Assembly: GCF_009914755.1 (NCBI RefSeq)
Contig: NC_060926.1
Direction: 5' to 3' (one strand)
Origin: the human T2T-CHM13v2.0 reference genome, Homo sapiens
Length of the DNA stretch: 64,000 nucleotides
Every line of letters begins with the position of its first letter. Within the stretch, counting starts at the first letter, position 1. A program made the position numbers and the translations under genes. The notes beneath the pieces were generated by a model. The model saw only the letters and a list, made by a program, of their open reading frames with translations, had not been told where the DNA came from and ran no database searches. Positions 42,771 through 58,020 of the stretch are shown in pieces.

Positions 42771-43229
42771 CAAAAGGAAAAATAAAAAATAGGACTTGGG
42801 TTTGCAAAAAGGTACAGGGGCTTTTGGGAAGGGGCAATGCAGGTATAAAAATGGGCCCATGAGGGTGTGGGGGAGAAGACCAGGAAACAGCCTGACTTTT
42901 GAGACTGCTCTCAATGGCCTTTCCTGCCAGCCTGTTCCAGCCAAAGCTGCTCACAGGCAAGAGTCTCAAGGAGAAAGGTACAAGGCTTCATTCCCTGTGA
43001 AACATTGGCTGACATCTACCTGTGCACACTGGCTTTCCTGGGGAGATCCCATGCCACAAAACCTTTCTGAAGGCCAAAAGGCAGCCCAGACAGTCCTTTG
43101 TATGAGCTGAAGGTTAAGAACTGGACTGGAATTGCAATAAACGGCATCACAGAAGGCAACATTCCCCGTCTACGTGAGGCAGTTTCAATTCATGATAAAA
43201 TTATCCTGCTAGTAGAGTTTGGCCTGTTT

Positions 43230-44440
43230 TTTAACAGACAATTTTTAAAAATGGTTTTAGATTTACAAAAAAATTGAGATGAGAACACAGAGTTTCCATA
43301 TACTCCCTACCTAGTTTTCCCTATTATTAACATCTTCGTTCAGATTAATGAATCAGTATTATTATCATTAACTAAAGTCTATATTTTATCCATATTTCCT
43401 TAGTTTTTTACCTTATGTCCTTGTTCTGTTCCGAGATCCCATCCAGGACACCTTATTACACTTTTTAAATCTTATTTTATTTTTTATTTTTGTGAGTACA
43501 TAGTAGGTGTATATATTTACGGGGTACATGAGATGTTTAATACAGGCATGCAATGTGAAATAAACACACCATGGAGAATGGGGTATCCATCTGCTCAAGC
43601 ATTTATCCTTTGAGTTACAAACAATTCAATTACATTCTTTAAATTATTTTAAGATGTGCAGTTATTATTGACTATAGTAACCCTGTTGTGCTATCAAATA
43701 GTAGGTCTTATTCATTCTAACCACCTTTTTTGTACTCATTAACCTTCCCCAGCTCCCCCCAGCCTCCTCACCACATCTCATTTAGTCTTCTTAGGTTTCT
43801 CTTGGCTCTGACAGTTTCTCAGATGCTTTTTGTTTTTGATGACTTTCAGTTTTGAGGACGATTGGTCAGTTATTTTGTAGAATGTTCTTCTCTTGGGGTG
43901 ATGAGGATTTGGGAGATCACAGAGGTAGAGTGCCATCTTCATCACATAGTATCGGGGTGCATAATATCCACATGACATTACTATTGAAGTTGACCTTGAT
44001 CACCTGGCTCAGAAAATGTTTGTCAGGTTTCTCCCATGTTAAGTTACTCACTTTTACCCCTTTCCATACTGTACTCATTGGAAAGAAGTTACTACCTGCA
44101 ACCCACACATAAGGAGTGGGGAGTTACGCCCCCTTCCTTGAGAGCAAAGTATCTACATTAATTATTTGGAATTCTTATGCACAGGAGATTTGTCTCTCCT
44201 CCATTTATTTATTTATTCAATCATGTATTTATATTAGTATGGACTCTTGGATATTTATTTTATACTTGGGTTATAACTCCATACTACTTTATGTATTTTG
44301 TTGTTCAAATTGTTCCAGCTTTGGCCATTGGAAGTTCTTTCAGTTGGCTCCTGTCTTTCTTTGACCTACCCCCCAGTCAATGTGGGGTTTAGTTTTGTTT
44401 TGTTTTAATCACTTTCTTAATTTCTGGCACTACAAGAGGC
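43230..44440 (-). mobile_element. Old L1 3' region with a nested L1MA fragment (~43465-43770)
   Basis: tatatttacggggtacatgagatg..ggagaatggggtatccat..gtgctatcaaatagtagg. Confidence 0.75.
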
Positions 44441-45129
44441 AACTTGTTTCTCAAATCATTCGTATAGCAGACTCTGACTCAAGGCAGCCTCAGAAGTAGG
44501 TAATTAAAAGCATGTCTCTGCCTTTTGTCCATGGAAAGGGATATTTCTAGACTGTTTGGTTCCCTGGTGCTCACTTTGGTGAGACTTTCGCTTTGCCTCT
44601 CAAACAGAGGTCATTTGTCAAATGTCAAAGGACACCAGAAGCACTAGACTGCAGGAAGAGGAGCACCAGTAACAGCCACAAAGATTGGGATTAGCTGTGG
44701 CCTCTGTACCAGCTGAGTGACCTCAGAGCAGGTCGCGACACATCTCTGAGCTCCAGTTTCCTTATATATTCCTTGCAGGGCTTTGTGAAGATGAAAGGCA
44801 CAGTGCCAAGCCCAAGATTTTTGCTTAAAAAACGGTTAACCTCGAAGGAGAAAGAGTGAGAGTGCAGGTCCATTGTACTGGGATCTCAGGGTTGGAAGGA
44901 AGAACAACCAACTTGCTCCAGCCTCTCCAGACAGCCAGGCCTCCTTCAATTCCAAGCTGAACAAATGACTCATGAATTCTAATCCATTCTTCTAGTCTCA
45001 GCTTCCCTCCTTCATGCTGGGAGGCCAAATTACAGTATTTTATTATTTTCTCTCTTTACCGTGTATTTTATTTATCTCTGTTGTGCTGCCTAGTTTGGGC
45101 ATTTTTTCAAAAGCCCTACTTGTTCCTAC

Positions 45130-45242
45130 CTGCTATTTGTATTCCTGGTAAAACCACCAAATGCTACAGTGCACCTCTCCCAACCTTCAAGAAGATTTCT
45201 GTGTTGTATTCTTGCCACGCTGCTGGCTTCATTAGTCTGGAG
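45130..45242 (-). pseudogene. Dynein pseudogene exon remnant
   Basis: CAG acceptor, then LQTNEASSVARI resembling LQAPVVLKMVKI. Ends at an AG|GTAGGA donor. Confidence 0.5.
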
Positions 45243-45265
45243 CTGAATGCTGAAATTCCACTTAC

Positions 45266-45360
45266 GGTTTGGATTTTGGTCTTCCCTTAGCATGTTTATC
45301 ATTTTCCAGACTAGAAATTCTGCTCCTGGACAAGTGGCTGTTCCTGGTAGTATCCACCAG
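45266..45360 (-). pseudogene. Dynein pseudogene exon remnant (DHC_N1 region)
   Basis: ILPGTATCPGAEFLVWKM resembles LLQGENPTPKVELEFWKS (DNAH9). Ends at a GTAAGT donor (45260-45265). Confidence 0.6.
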
Positions 45361-46306
45361 CCAACCAACAAACAAATAATAGAGCAAGTCTTGGTAGAAT
45401 AGAGGTGGTTTGGGTCAGACTTCTAATCCTACCTGAAACAGCAGTGCAGTGGTCAGCTGTCCACTGTGGACAGAGCCCCTGGTACACAGTGGAAATTGAT
45501 GTCTGGATTTCTGGCTTTTCTTCACTAACTTCTAAGAGGTTGGAACCACCTATGTCTTATTCACTGCTATATTCCCACAGTGTAGCACAGTGCCTGAAAC
45601 ATAGGAATAGGTGCTCAGTAAACATTTGTTGAATGAATGAATGAATGAATGAATGAATGGGTTTTTCCAAAAAGTGAACACTCCAGCTTTTCTTTCATGT
45701 CCTGATAGATGCAGAAGAGGTGCTCTTTTCCTTGGTCCAAAGATGGCTCCATTTTGTGTGCCCTGCCATGTGGATTGTTTTCTAAATATTAATTTGAGTT
45801 AGAGTTGGGAAGGCAGTGCTTCTATAATAGTAGGGGCCCTGGAAAGGGAGATGAATTTGAATACGCATGTCCTCTCACCTCCTTCTCTCTTGAACACTCC
45901 CAGCCATCCATACCCCCACATCCTTCCAGACCTGGCCCCTGCCCAACACCAAGCTGCCTCTCTTCCCAGAGCTGCTGAAACATCTTCCTTTAAACCATAG
46001 CATTAACTACCCCTGAAGTGCATCCTCATGGCAGAACATACTCTCTGAAGACACCTCTTATACTGTAATCCTCTCTCTTGTCATCTCATCCTTTATGCTG
46101 ACTTCATTTCTCATGTATTCCTATTTTATCTTCCTAACCTTAGTATAAATCCTTTGAGAACAGAGATTGTGTCTCATATTTCTTTATCATTCTCTCTGTC
46201 CTGGCCCCATCCCTGGCCCATGGAAAGTTCTTTATAAAGTTATTCACCTCCAAGCCACTAATTCCTGATCACTTCCTCACTTCAAAAAAAAAAAATTAGC
46301 TAAAGG

Positions 46307-46634
<328 letters not shown>

Positions 46635-46888
46635 TCAAAGATCATCAGAAAGAACTGAGCCAAGATAAACCACAACAATACGCTAGGTTACACTGAACTG
46701 AAATATTGAGTCGATAAAAAAAAAAAACAGTGCTACTGAAAGGAAAAGGGCAAAAATTATGAGCCAGTTTAGCAATCCCCTCACTGCCTTCCTCACACAC
46801 ATTTCACCACAAAATAGTAGAATCCACTTGACACAATCTCCAGTGTACTCCAACAGCATCTCCTTGCACTGAAGGGTTTTTTTGGTGA

Positions 46889-47327
<439 letters not shown>

Positions 47328-48600
47328 TAACTACCTGGAAAGCATCGAACCACAGATTTTTCAAGCTGGGAGGGATATAAAAGACCAGTCAAGGCTATAA
47401 TTCTAAATCTAAGGTCCCATGTCTCCTTTCAAAATATGCATGACCCTCTGGAAATGGTATGAAAAACCAAGTAAAGGCTGTGTAAACTTTTCTGGGGAGA
47501 GGATTTATAAACTTTCTCAGAGTCTTAAAGGGGTCATGCTACCAAAAAGTTACAGATCACTACTCTGGGTTAAGCCCTTGAAGTTACAGACCAGAAGGCT
47601 CTGACCCAGAAAGGTTAGGTAGTTTACTCAAGTAAAGACAGCCAGGTGGTAAGAGAGCCAGAATTACCACCCGATTCTCCTGACTTCCGACTGCCACTTG
47701 TCCCTTGCACTGACACCTTCTCGCCTTCTTTTTTTCACTCTAAAGAGAATTTCTTTGTGACAGTATTTGCTCTTGCCGGATTTGACCTGTGGTGTGCTGG
47801 GTGCTTTGCTCTGTTATATTTTAAGTATCTTCTATTTGCCTGCTTTCCTTCACCCTAATGATGCCCACAGAGATGTAATTTTCTCACTTTGCTTTTTCTA
47901 TTATCATCTTCTCTGGCCTTTGCCCACTCTCTTTTCTGCTATACATGGCATGCCTCTGTATGCCCTTTGTCCTCCCATCCCGATTTTAAGAGAAGTATTT
48001 ATTCCCATGTTTTCTGTATTTGCCTGGATGTATTCTTACCGAGCTGATGGTAAGACTCTTCTGTCTCAGCAGGAAGCTGTTGCTCACGGCAATTACGCCT
48101 GCTGTCTTCCTTTTCATTTTCCTTCAGCTCTTGATGAAATTGTGTTTCCAGAAACCCTATGAATCCTTTCTCAGACTCTTACATAACTCAGTGTATTCGG
48201 CCATTTCTTTTCCATCCATATTTTTTTTGTTGTTGTTTGGTCGGGTGCTTGACTCATTTTCTCTCCAAATAATTTGGTGGCGATTTGATCTTCAGTTTCT
48301 CTCACGCGGTAGATGCTCTCCTGCATCCAAATGGGTGGCTCGAGACCCAGTCCGTTTGGGTTGGCACTTGTGGCATTAGCTGCAGAATATGTGTGTGAAC
48401 TTGCCAGTTGTGTTGTTTGTGAGTCTGTTTTGTTGATTTTTTTTTTGTTTTGGGACAATTGCTTGTTTGTTTACTCTTTGGGGGGAAGCAAATGTTAATT
48501 TTAGATCCAATCTTAGGGCTAAAGTTTGAAATGTGTCCTTTTACTCTAAGTTACATCCTTTCTACCTTTAAAGAGTGCACCTCTTAAGCAAATTCAGCAT

Positions 48601-48602
<2 letters not shown>

Positions 48603-48647
<45 letters not shown>
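48603..48647 (+). repeat. (GT)n microsatellite
   Basis: Direct reading. Confidence 0.97.
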
Positions 48648-48649
<2 letters not shown>

Positions 48650-49999
48650 CTGGGAATGATTCTAGAGAATATTTCATTAGGGCTGAAATGTGGATTTCAA
48701 CATTCTCTATAAATAAATCAACACTTGAAGATAAGTTCTCAATTCCACTGCCTCCACCCCACCCAGCCCCAGCCCCAGCCCCTTGCCCTGTCCTACCATG
48801 CAGGTGATTCAGCCCCAAAGAAACACCAGTGAAATTAAGGCAGAAATCAGGCCCTTACATATCACACTAGCATTCAAAAGAGACCCACAGAGTCATAGAA
48901 AGGGATTGGGGATGAGGTGGATGAGAGGGTGCAACACAGCGACTCACAAATCTGGTGGCGCTTTCTTTGGGTTATGGTACTGACTGAGAGTCAATGTGCC
49001 TTACAAACAAATGACAGACTGATTGAATGTCTCTGAGCCCCTGGATCTTGGGACAGGGAAGGAGCAAAGTCATTCCAAGTCCCAGTGAATAGGCAAGGGA
49101 GTCGAGGAGGGGTGACAATGAGTCTTTGCTCTATTTCCTTGTTGGTTCCGAAGATAGGGCAGGACAGATTCCACAAGGAGCTCATGGCGACCCCCACTCA
49201 GAGGCAATGAGGCAGGGCCTGGCATCCTTGGGCTGCCATTATGGCAACATACTCACTTGCATCGCACTCGCTTTCCTCCATGTGCCATGGTACCGTGGTG
49301 AACCTTGAACCCTGCCGGGGCTGCCATCAAAGTTTGATCAATGTGTAAACTATATTTTAACTGTCATTGAGAATACATACTGGCAATGTTTGCCAGATAC
49401 AATCTTGAGCTGAATGGGTCACAGTATGCAGCCTGAGGTCTTGTACAAGTTTCTGCCAGAAGAAGGAAACAGCTACATTGTAATGTCAAGCCATCCTGGT
49501 TCAGCTACCTCATCCATACAGTGAAAAGATTCAACCTGATCACCCAGAGCAGCCTTCCTTAATAAGGGCTAATTCAAGAAAAACAAACCTGTCAGCGGGT
49601 GAGTGTGTTCATTTGTTCACTCAAAATGCTAATTGCTTTATTGATCCCCATGGCAAAAAGTGAATATTATAGCAATTACTTTGTGAATAGAAGAATATGA
49701 GTGAAAATGTAATCATTGTTTTGTTCTATTAAAATATTAATATCTGGACTTTTTTAGAAGAAGCAATAAGGACACAAGTTTCTAATCTTTTAACCCTTAT
49801 ACTTGTTTAATGTTGCACCTGAGAATTCACAAAATGCATTCGCCATCTTTACTTCCTTTCTTTCTCCAAGACACCCTGAGAGAAAAGCACAATTGCAATC
49901 CTTATTTTACACACGGGAAAATTAAGGCTAGAAATAACTTTCTAAGGACAGGGAAGGAGAAGTGGAGCTGAAGCTAGAATTCCTTCACTACATACAATG

Positions 50000-50995
50000 C
50001 ATGGTACAGATGTGATTTTTCAATATTGTATAATGAAATGTATCAACATTTAGAAGATTTGCAAAGCTTAACCGATATTTTCCAAATGACCCATGAATGA
50101 CATCAGAAAATCATGCATGCATAAGAGACCCACTCAAAGTACAAGATAGATCAATGCACTTTAATGTAACAGAATAGGAAAAGTTCATTGCTATGGTTTC
50201 AGATTTCACATTATAACCAGCCTTTAAGGAGTCCCCTCCTGCCAAGTGTTGGTGTAGTATCAAAGATGGATGTCCATGATTATCTGAAAAGGCTCCTCCT
50301 CCCTTTTCCAACTACATATCTGTGTCAAGCTAGATTTTTTTTCATGAATTTCAACCAAAACAACACATCCCAACAAATTAGATGCAGAAGCAGCTATAAG
50401 AATCCAGTCATCTTCTAATAAACCAGACATTAAAGAAGTTTACAAAAATATAAAACAACGCCACTCTTCCTACTAATTTTTTCAGAAAATAAAATGTTTT
50501 TAATTTTCAAAAATGTATTATTCATGTTAACATGTAATGGGTTTATTACTATTATTTCTAAGTGAATTAATATTTTAACTTATTTTCAGTTTTAATTTCT
50601 AATATGGTAAATATGGATATATATAACCCATATACACAAAATTTCTTTGGAGTTCACAATAATTTTTTTTTTTTTTTGAGACAAGGTCTCACTCTGTCAC
50701 CCAGATCTCGGCTTACTGCAACCACTGCCTCCTGGGTTCAAGCAATTCTCCTGCCTCAGCGTCCCGAGTAGCTGGGACTACAGACACACATTACCACGCC
50801 TGGCTAATTTTTGTAATTTTTGGTAGAGACAGGGTTTCACTGTGTTGGCCAGGCTGGTCTCAAACTCCTGGCCTCAAGTAATCCTCCCAAGGTCCTGGGA
50901 TTACAGGTGTGAGCCACTGCACCAGGCCACAATAATTTTTAAGAATGTAAAAAGGACTTTTTGGTCCCGAGACCAAAAAGTTTGAAAACTGTTAT
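50000..50995. mobile_element. Charlie1-like hAT DNA transposon remnant interrupted by an Alu (~50663-50927)
   Basis: aagtacaagatagatcaatg..tttaatgtaacag; terminal gtcccgagaccaaaaagtttgaaaact. Confidence 0.7.
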
Positions 50996-51007
50996 ACAAT
51001 CAGCCGG

Positions 51008-53120
51008 CTGCTATATTGGCAAAATAGACTTTAAGACAAAAATCATTGTGAAGTATAGAGAAGGCCACTATATGAAGATAAAAGATTCACTTCACCAGGA
51101 AGATATAACAATTCTAAGATTGTATGCACTTAAAAAAATAGCCTTAAAATACATTAAGCAAAAATATATTTGTCCCTTGGCATCCAGGAGGAACTGGCTC
51201 CGGGACCCCACCCCACCATGGATACCAAAATCCCCAGATGCTGAAGTCCCTGATAGACACTGGTGTAGTATTTGCACATAACCTGTACATATCCTCCCAT
51301 ACACTTTAAATCACCCCTAGATTATTTATAGCACCTTCTACAAGGTAAATGTTATGTAAATAGTTGTAATATTGTGTTACTTAGGAAACGATGACAAGAA
51401 AAACAAGTCCATACAGATTTAGCACATGATTTAGCACATATATTTTTGATTATTTTCAATCTGCAGTTGGTTGACTCCACAGATGTATAACCCAAGGACA
51501 TGGAGGCTGACTCTATATATAAAGCATATAAATTGGCAAATCCACCACCATAATGGAAGATTTCATTTCGTCTCTCTCAATTATTATTAAGTCAAGCAGG
51601 CACAAGTGAGTCCAGAGATTCTGGACTCACAAAAGAGATGTTACACTCCGATGGTGAGTGGACAGAGAATAACGAAGAAATATTCACAAGGAATCGGTGA
51701 GGTTAAGAGACACCAGCTGAGGATGGCTGGAGAAGCACATCCAGAGCTAGCAACAGGAGGACCGAGGGCCCAGGCCAGGGCGTGGTCACCAATACCAACA
51801 CAGGGAGAGCAGCAGCTGAAGGAGAGGGTGCACACAAGCTTGGTGGCCTTGAACAGGGCATTGCAGTCTTTGCCAAAATAGCCTGGCAGGAGGGAGCTGG
51901 GTGAATGAATACTCTGACTTTTACTCTATCACTTTCTGGTCTTCCATTGGGTGAGCCCACGGAAGCCAGGGAGCAAGGGTGTCCTTGCTACAGATCACAC
52001 AGGCAGCCTGCTGATGCACAAGGCAGGGCGAGGAAACATGGAGAGGGGCTCTGGAGGGCAGAAGGAGAAGTCCAGCACACAAAGAGATGATCTGAGCAAC
52101 ACAATGCACTGGTCTCCTTTTCTGGATTAAAAAAAAAAAAGAACACTGGATCCAACAATTAAGGAATACACATTCCTCACAAGCACACAACTGGAACATA
52201 TACAAAAATCGACCACAGTTCTAAGCCAACAAGCAAGTATGAGCAAATGTTAAAAAGTCCGTATCAAACAGAACCTGTTCTGTGATCACAAAACATTTCA
52301 ATGGTGTGGGATTAAGTCAATAACAGAAAAAAAAATGCAGTGGAACCCCACATGTTTGGAAATTTTTAATACACACTTCTAATTACTCAAAGAAAAAAAT
52401 GCAAACCCAGATAGACTCAGAAATTAATGATAATGAAAATACCGCATATCAAAGCTTGTAGAAGTAGCAAAATAGTACATAGAGGGAAATGTATATCTTT
52501 AAATGCCCATATTAGAAAATTTTAAAACAGAATTAATAAGCTAAGCATCCAATTTAGAACATTAGGAAAAATAAAGTGATTGCATGAGTCTGTTTTGCAT
52601 TGCTGTAAAGGAATACCTGAGGCAGAATAATTTATAAAGAAAAGAGATTTACTTTGGCTCATGGTTCTGCAGACTGTACAGGAAGCATGGTGCCAGCATC
52701 TGCTTCTGGTGAGGCCTCAGGAAGCTTCCAATCATGGCAGAAGGTAAAGGGGGAGCAGACATGTCACATGGAGAAAGGGGAGCAAGAGAGAGAGGGATGG
52801 GGTGCCAGGCTCTTTTAAATAACCAGATCTCGCGTGAACTCATAGAGTGAGAAGCCACTCATTACCACAAGGATGGTACCAAGCATTCATAAGGGATCCG
52901 CCCCCATGACCCAAACACCTCCCACTGGGCCCACCTCTAATGCTGGAGGTCACATTTCAACATGAGATTTGGAGGGGACAAACATCCAAATTATAATAGT
53001 CACAAAAATATGAAAGGAGAAAATAATAAAATAGAAAACGAAGATCAAGTAAAGATGATCAAGCCAAATGTTCGTTCTTCAATTAGACTAATAAAATCTT
53101 TTTGAGACTAATTTGAAAAA
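51008..53120 (+). mobile_element. Old L1 ORF2 (endonuclease region) fragmented by nested MER2, an LTR-like element and an MST LTR
   Basis: KIDFKTKIIVKYREGHYMKIKDSLHQEDITILRLYA resembles L1 ORF2 EN. MER2-like ~51170-51515; MSTA-like on the minus strand ~52578-52998. Confidence 0.8.
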
Positions 53121-53126
53121 AAGGAG

Positions 53127-53490
53127 GGCTGGCACGGTGTCTCACGCCTGTAATCCCTGCACTTTGGGAGGCTGAGATGGGAAGATCGCTTGAGCCCAGG
53201 AGTTTGAGAGCAGTCTGAACAACATAGTCAGACCCCATGTCTACAAAAAGTAATTTAAAAATTTAGCTGGGCATGGTGGCGCTCACATGTGGTCCCAGAA
53301 AGTCCAGGAGTTATAAACTGTAGTGAGTTTTGATCATGCCACTACACTCCAGCCTGGGCAACAGGAGTGAGACCCCATCAAAAAGAAAGAAAAAAAGAAA
53401 GAAAAAGAAAGAAAGGAAAGAAAGAGAGAGAGAGGGAGGGAAGGAGGAAGGAAGGGAAAGAAGAAACAAAAGAAAAAGAATAAAAGGGGA
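53127..53490 (+). mobile_element. AluJ (internal deletion) with a GAAA/GGAA tail
   Basis: Alu consensus plus a purine-rich repeat. Confidence 0.85.
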
Positions 53491-56400
53491 GAAAGTAAGA
53501 ATACACAAATTAAACATTGCATCTCTGCTTCCCTTTTCACAGCCTCAGTCCCACATTCCTAACCTCCAGCCATCCTTTTTTTTAGCTCTGTGTGAGCTGA
53601 AAGGGTGTGTTTGAGATTAGAGGTTAAGTGAGCAAAGTATGCATCTGAATTGGGTGACTTTATAGAATCTGTTGAGATTCTGCATGCTCTACCGTATCTT
53701 CTGACGAGCCCCTCTGGGCTCTGTGCTCCTGGGTGTGTTTGAGGGTCCGGGCTGTGCAGAGAGCAGGCATTGCTATCTAAACAAGAATAACCAGAGCACT
53801 GGACGCTGAGCGCCTGAGGTGGAAGAAGTGCCCCGACGCTGCTGGAAAAACCAGCGCCGACCTGGGAAGCTAACGGAGCAGAAGACAGATCTGAGCCCTG
53901 CGCCATCGTTTTATCTATGGCCAGCTCTGTGCTTGCTATTCATAAGCCGTGTGAACACTGCCATTCAGGTGGGATTTGGGGTGCTGAAGGGCTCTCCACG
54001 GCTACAGAAAATCTTTTTGTTGTGCTGTTTAGGGAATTTTCTTTTGCTTTTTGTATTTTCCATTTTTCTTGTGCTGCTTTATAATACCTTTTCTACAGGG
54101 ACCACAAATCCCTTCACAGTGCTCAGTCATCTTTGTAAAATGGAGGCCCATTTACACGTGCTATCTCAAGATGTGTGGACCAGAAATGAAATACTCACCC
54201 AAATCATCCAGACCCCGGGGTTTTATATTCATGGAAGACTGTGAAAGGTAAAAAGAACTGTGAACCAGGTGCAAAGAGTCATTTCCAGCTTCATAATTAC
54301 TGAGGGGAAACGGTATTTCAAAACCATGGGCGTGGAACTGAGGTTGGCAGGGACAGAGGTGCTATAACACACATTAAATCGTTGCAAACGGCACCATCCA
54401 TTATAAATTAGTAATATCAACACTCTATCACTGAATACACTTTTAAAACGGAAATGTAGTCTTTTATTTTCTCCCATCAGAACCTGGTCGAGTCCTTTTG
54501 ACTCTTGAAATGACCAGTCATTAATCTGCTGAAATGTTTCAGGTAGTTGGAGAGAAATCCCTGCATTCCAATTTATTGAAAACTCAATTCAGAATTTAAT
54601 TTAAAACATCAATATTCTTCATTCAGAGCAACATTCCCCAAATAACTTTTCGTTTCCAATTTTAATTAAAATAACAGTCTGAGAATGGCATATACTGTTG
54701 CTCTACACGCTCATTAAAAAACAAACATGAACTAAAATTGATTGATATTATCCCTGCGGTAATGACTTTAAAATTCTCACTCTGGCCATTTATAATCATC
54801 ATAACTAAGTAAAATATGTATCTCTACTTATTTAACCACTAAGGAAAGATAACTCATTGTCCCCCAGTCATTTCTTCAACACATTAGAGCTCTGACTTGA
54901 AAAAAGAAAATTTCTGTTTTAATATTTGAGTATGATGAGATCTCCATGGACCATTAGTAGTCTTTTCTATTTTTATCTTAAACTTGGGTTATTCTTGTGT
55001 ATGCATAAAACCACCTTCCATGCTTTTTAATTCTATGAACTGGAAATAAGAAACAATATTTATAGATGATCTCTGAAATTACCCAGTAAATACAGCACAT
55101 AATGATTTGACTGACCTCCCCGAGGTGTGTGTCATATTGGTATTTGTATTTCTGCTATCTATCAAACCTAAGATATAGATAAGGCAATAAACCTCTAGTC
55201 TAAAGCTTATTACACAGGACCATAATTCTTTTTATTTCTTTGTAAGAATTACTATAAGCAAAATCTGAACGTTTTCTTATTTCAATCTATTTTTCCTCTT
55301 TTGAAACCTGAATGTTATCCTTGTTAAAAATTGTAATGTAATTCCATGGTAATTGATACTGCAAAGAGGTTAGAAATACACACGCAGGCCTGCCTTTAGG
55401 GTACAAGGGGCTCGTCTTATTTAATTTAGAGCATGGCTCCTATACAAGAACAATACTGAATTTTCAACCAAAATTGCATAAGTCTAGCATGTAAGTGATG
55501 TGTAAATGAAGTGCTCCCTGAACAGGCATTAAATGCGCGTTAAGAGGGAAGACCATAACAGTCCATCATTTCAATGATCCCAGCCCAAAAGTGCTTGAGT
55601 CACTTTGACACAACAGAGTGTGACAGCTTCATAGGCACTGTTTCAGGCTGCTGGGTCCAAGCCCAGTGGAAAAGTGCAAATGAAAATCGGCCCAACGAGT
55701 CACCGATGGCCGTGGCCCAGGCTCTGAGTGCCAGTTGGCACAGTCCATCACTTTTCCAGACTGGACTGGCCAACTTGATCCACAGGAGGGAGGATTTTAC
55801 GTGATTTTGCTCTAAATAAATGATGAGCAACTGATGTGGAAATAAGCCAATCAGATAACTTTAGGTTTGAATCCAAACCCTGGGCAATGGTTTCCAGGTG
55901 CTCGCCAAACAGATAGGAACAGCCCCTGGAACAGCACAAAGGGAACAGTCTCTTGGGAGTTGATGTTCCAATCTTTGCCTCACATACGAAGGTATGTAGG
56001 GTGAATGCCTAAAAATTCATCTTCCCCTACAGGGATTCAGAATAAAAGCATTCTATCTTTTTCCAGTCCAGGGCTAGTATCTGTGTATCTTTCACTATAA
56101 AATGAGTCCCCATGAAACAGTCCAACTTCAGTTATTAATGAAGTAATACACCCATTCATGTAGGAAAATTGATCCAATGCTATTTTGGCAGGGATGAGAT
56201 TGCTACACATCCAGGACCTACTACCAGGCCTTGACCATGGTAGGAACTCAAAATTATCTTACACAAGTCAACTTTGACTCATTTCTTAACTATCAAAGAT
56301 GGATTTGCACCATCTATCCATGCACTTTTATTCAAAACCCTAAGCCTGCATTTGCACCATGTTTAGCTGGAAGTGGGAATGAAATCTATACCACAGGACA

Positions 56401-57094
56401 CAATGTCATCATCACTTTGTGAGAACATTACCCATAATATGGCCTCGTTAGTATCATTCTCCACTGATATAATCAACCCACTGAAAATTCCACTTCTAGG
56501 TTATACTGTTGAAGAAACATATCTTAGACCTAATCATTAAATATCTAAGTGTTGGCATCAAAGAATATATTCCAGGAAATAAATATATACATATATGTAC
56601 ATACACATACGGCACAATCATCAGACCTCATATATTTTCCAAATAACCTTTTCAAGAGAAATGTAAACTTTTGCTATTTTTATAACATTTCTTTTTAAAT
56701 ATGTGAATACCAATAATGTAATTTAACTTTTTCTTAATATTTAGGGTTGACCTTAGAAATATAAATTAATATTATCTCCTATAACATAGTGGTGCTCTTG
56801 AGGCCTATTGATGTACATAAAACTCGCCATTTTAGTTACGCTGACAGACTTCAGTTCAGGAGGAGGGGGTGTCTGGTTTTGGCCACTTCTGTGAGCATCC
56901 CTGTCTCCTCCCTGAATAAGAAGTTGTCACTCCACCCTGCTGTCATGTAAACTTTTCTTCTCATCTCAATCCCTACCATGTCATTGGGTTTTTCTGCTCC
57001 TAAAATGCTATTGGAACTATTCATTCATTCATCTATTTATTCTACAAGCATTTAATGAGCCTCTATTATATGCCAGGCACTGTCCTGGGAATAG

Positions 57095-57331
<237 letters not shown>

Positions 57332-58020
57332 TGATGAAACCCACAGCTGATGGGTGGACAAGCAATTAGCCAAAGAATCATGCAAATAAATGTAACATCA
57401 CCTCAGAGAAACAAGAGGGATATGAGGCAGTAGACAACCAGGAACTGATCAGGAAGGTCAGAGGAGACTTCCTTGTGATGGTTGAGCAGATCTCCTAAGA
57501 GTTCACTGGTGAGGAAGGATGTGGAGAGAAACACACGTGCCAAAGCCCTGTGGTGGGAGAGAACACAGAATCTGCCACATAGGAAGAGGAGCCCTGTGGC
57601 CAAGACCTAGGCCTTTTGGTCTCTAAGGGCAATGGAAGGCAGTTCAGGTGTATAAGTGGGCAGTTGCATTTTGAAAACACCACCTTGGCTGCAGAGTAGA
57701 GGACATTTTGGACATAGGCAAGCTTTACATCCAGTAGGAGCCTGTGGCAGTTAAGTCCAGCAAAAACGATGGTGGCTTGGCCTAAAGGCAGTATTCTCAG
57801 TCCAGGCTCCACAGAATTCTGTGAATTTAGGTGGGAAAACAAGCGTATCTTTATTGTCATCAACCGCTAATTGAAATTTAGTATTTCCTTTCGTTATAAA
57901 CGTAGGCAGCAAACCACAGGAGTATTAGCAGCATCTGTGACCTTGCTACCGAGAGAAATCACAGGTGTTTTCAGATCACATTACAGTTGCTGCAGATATA
58001 TCAAGATATCATTTATACTC

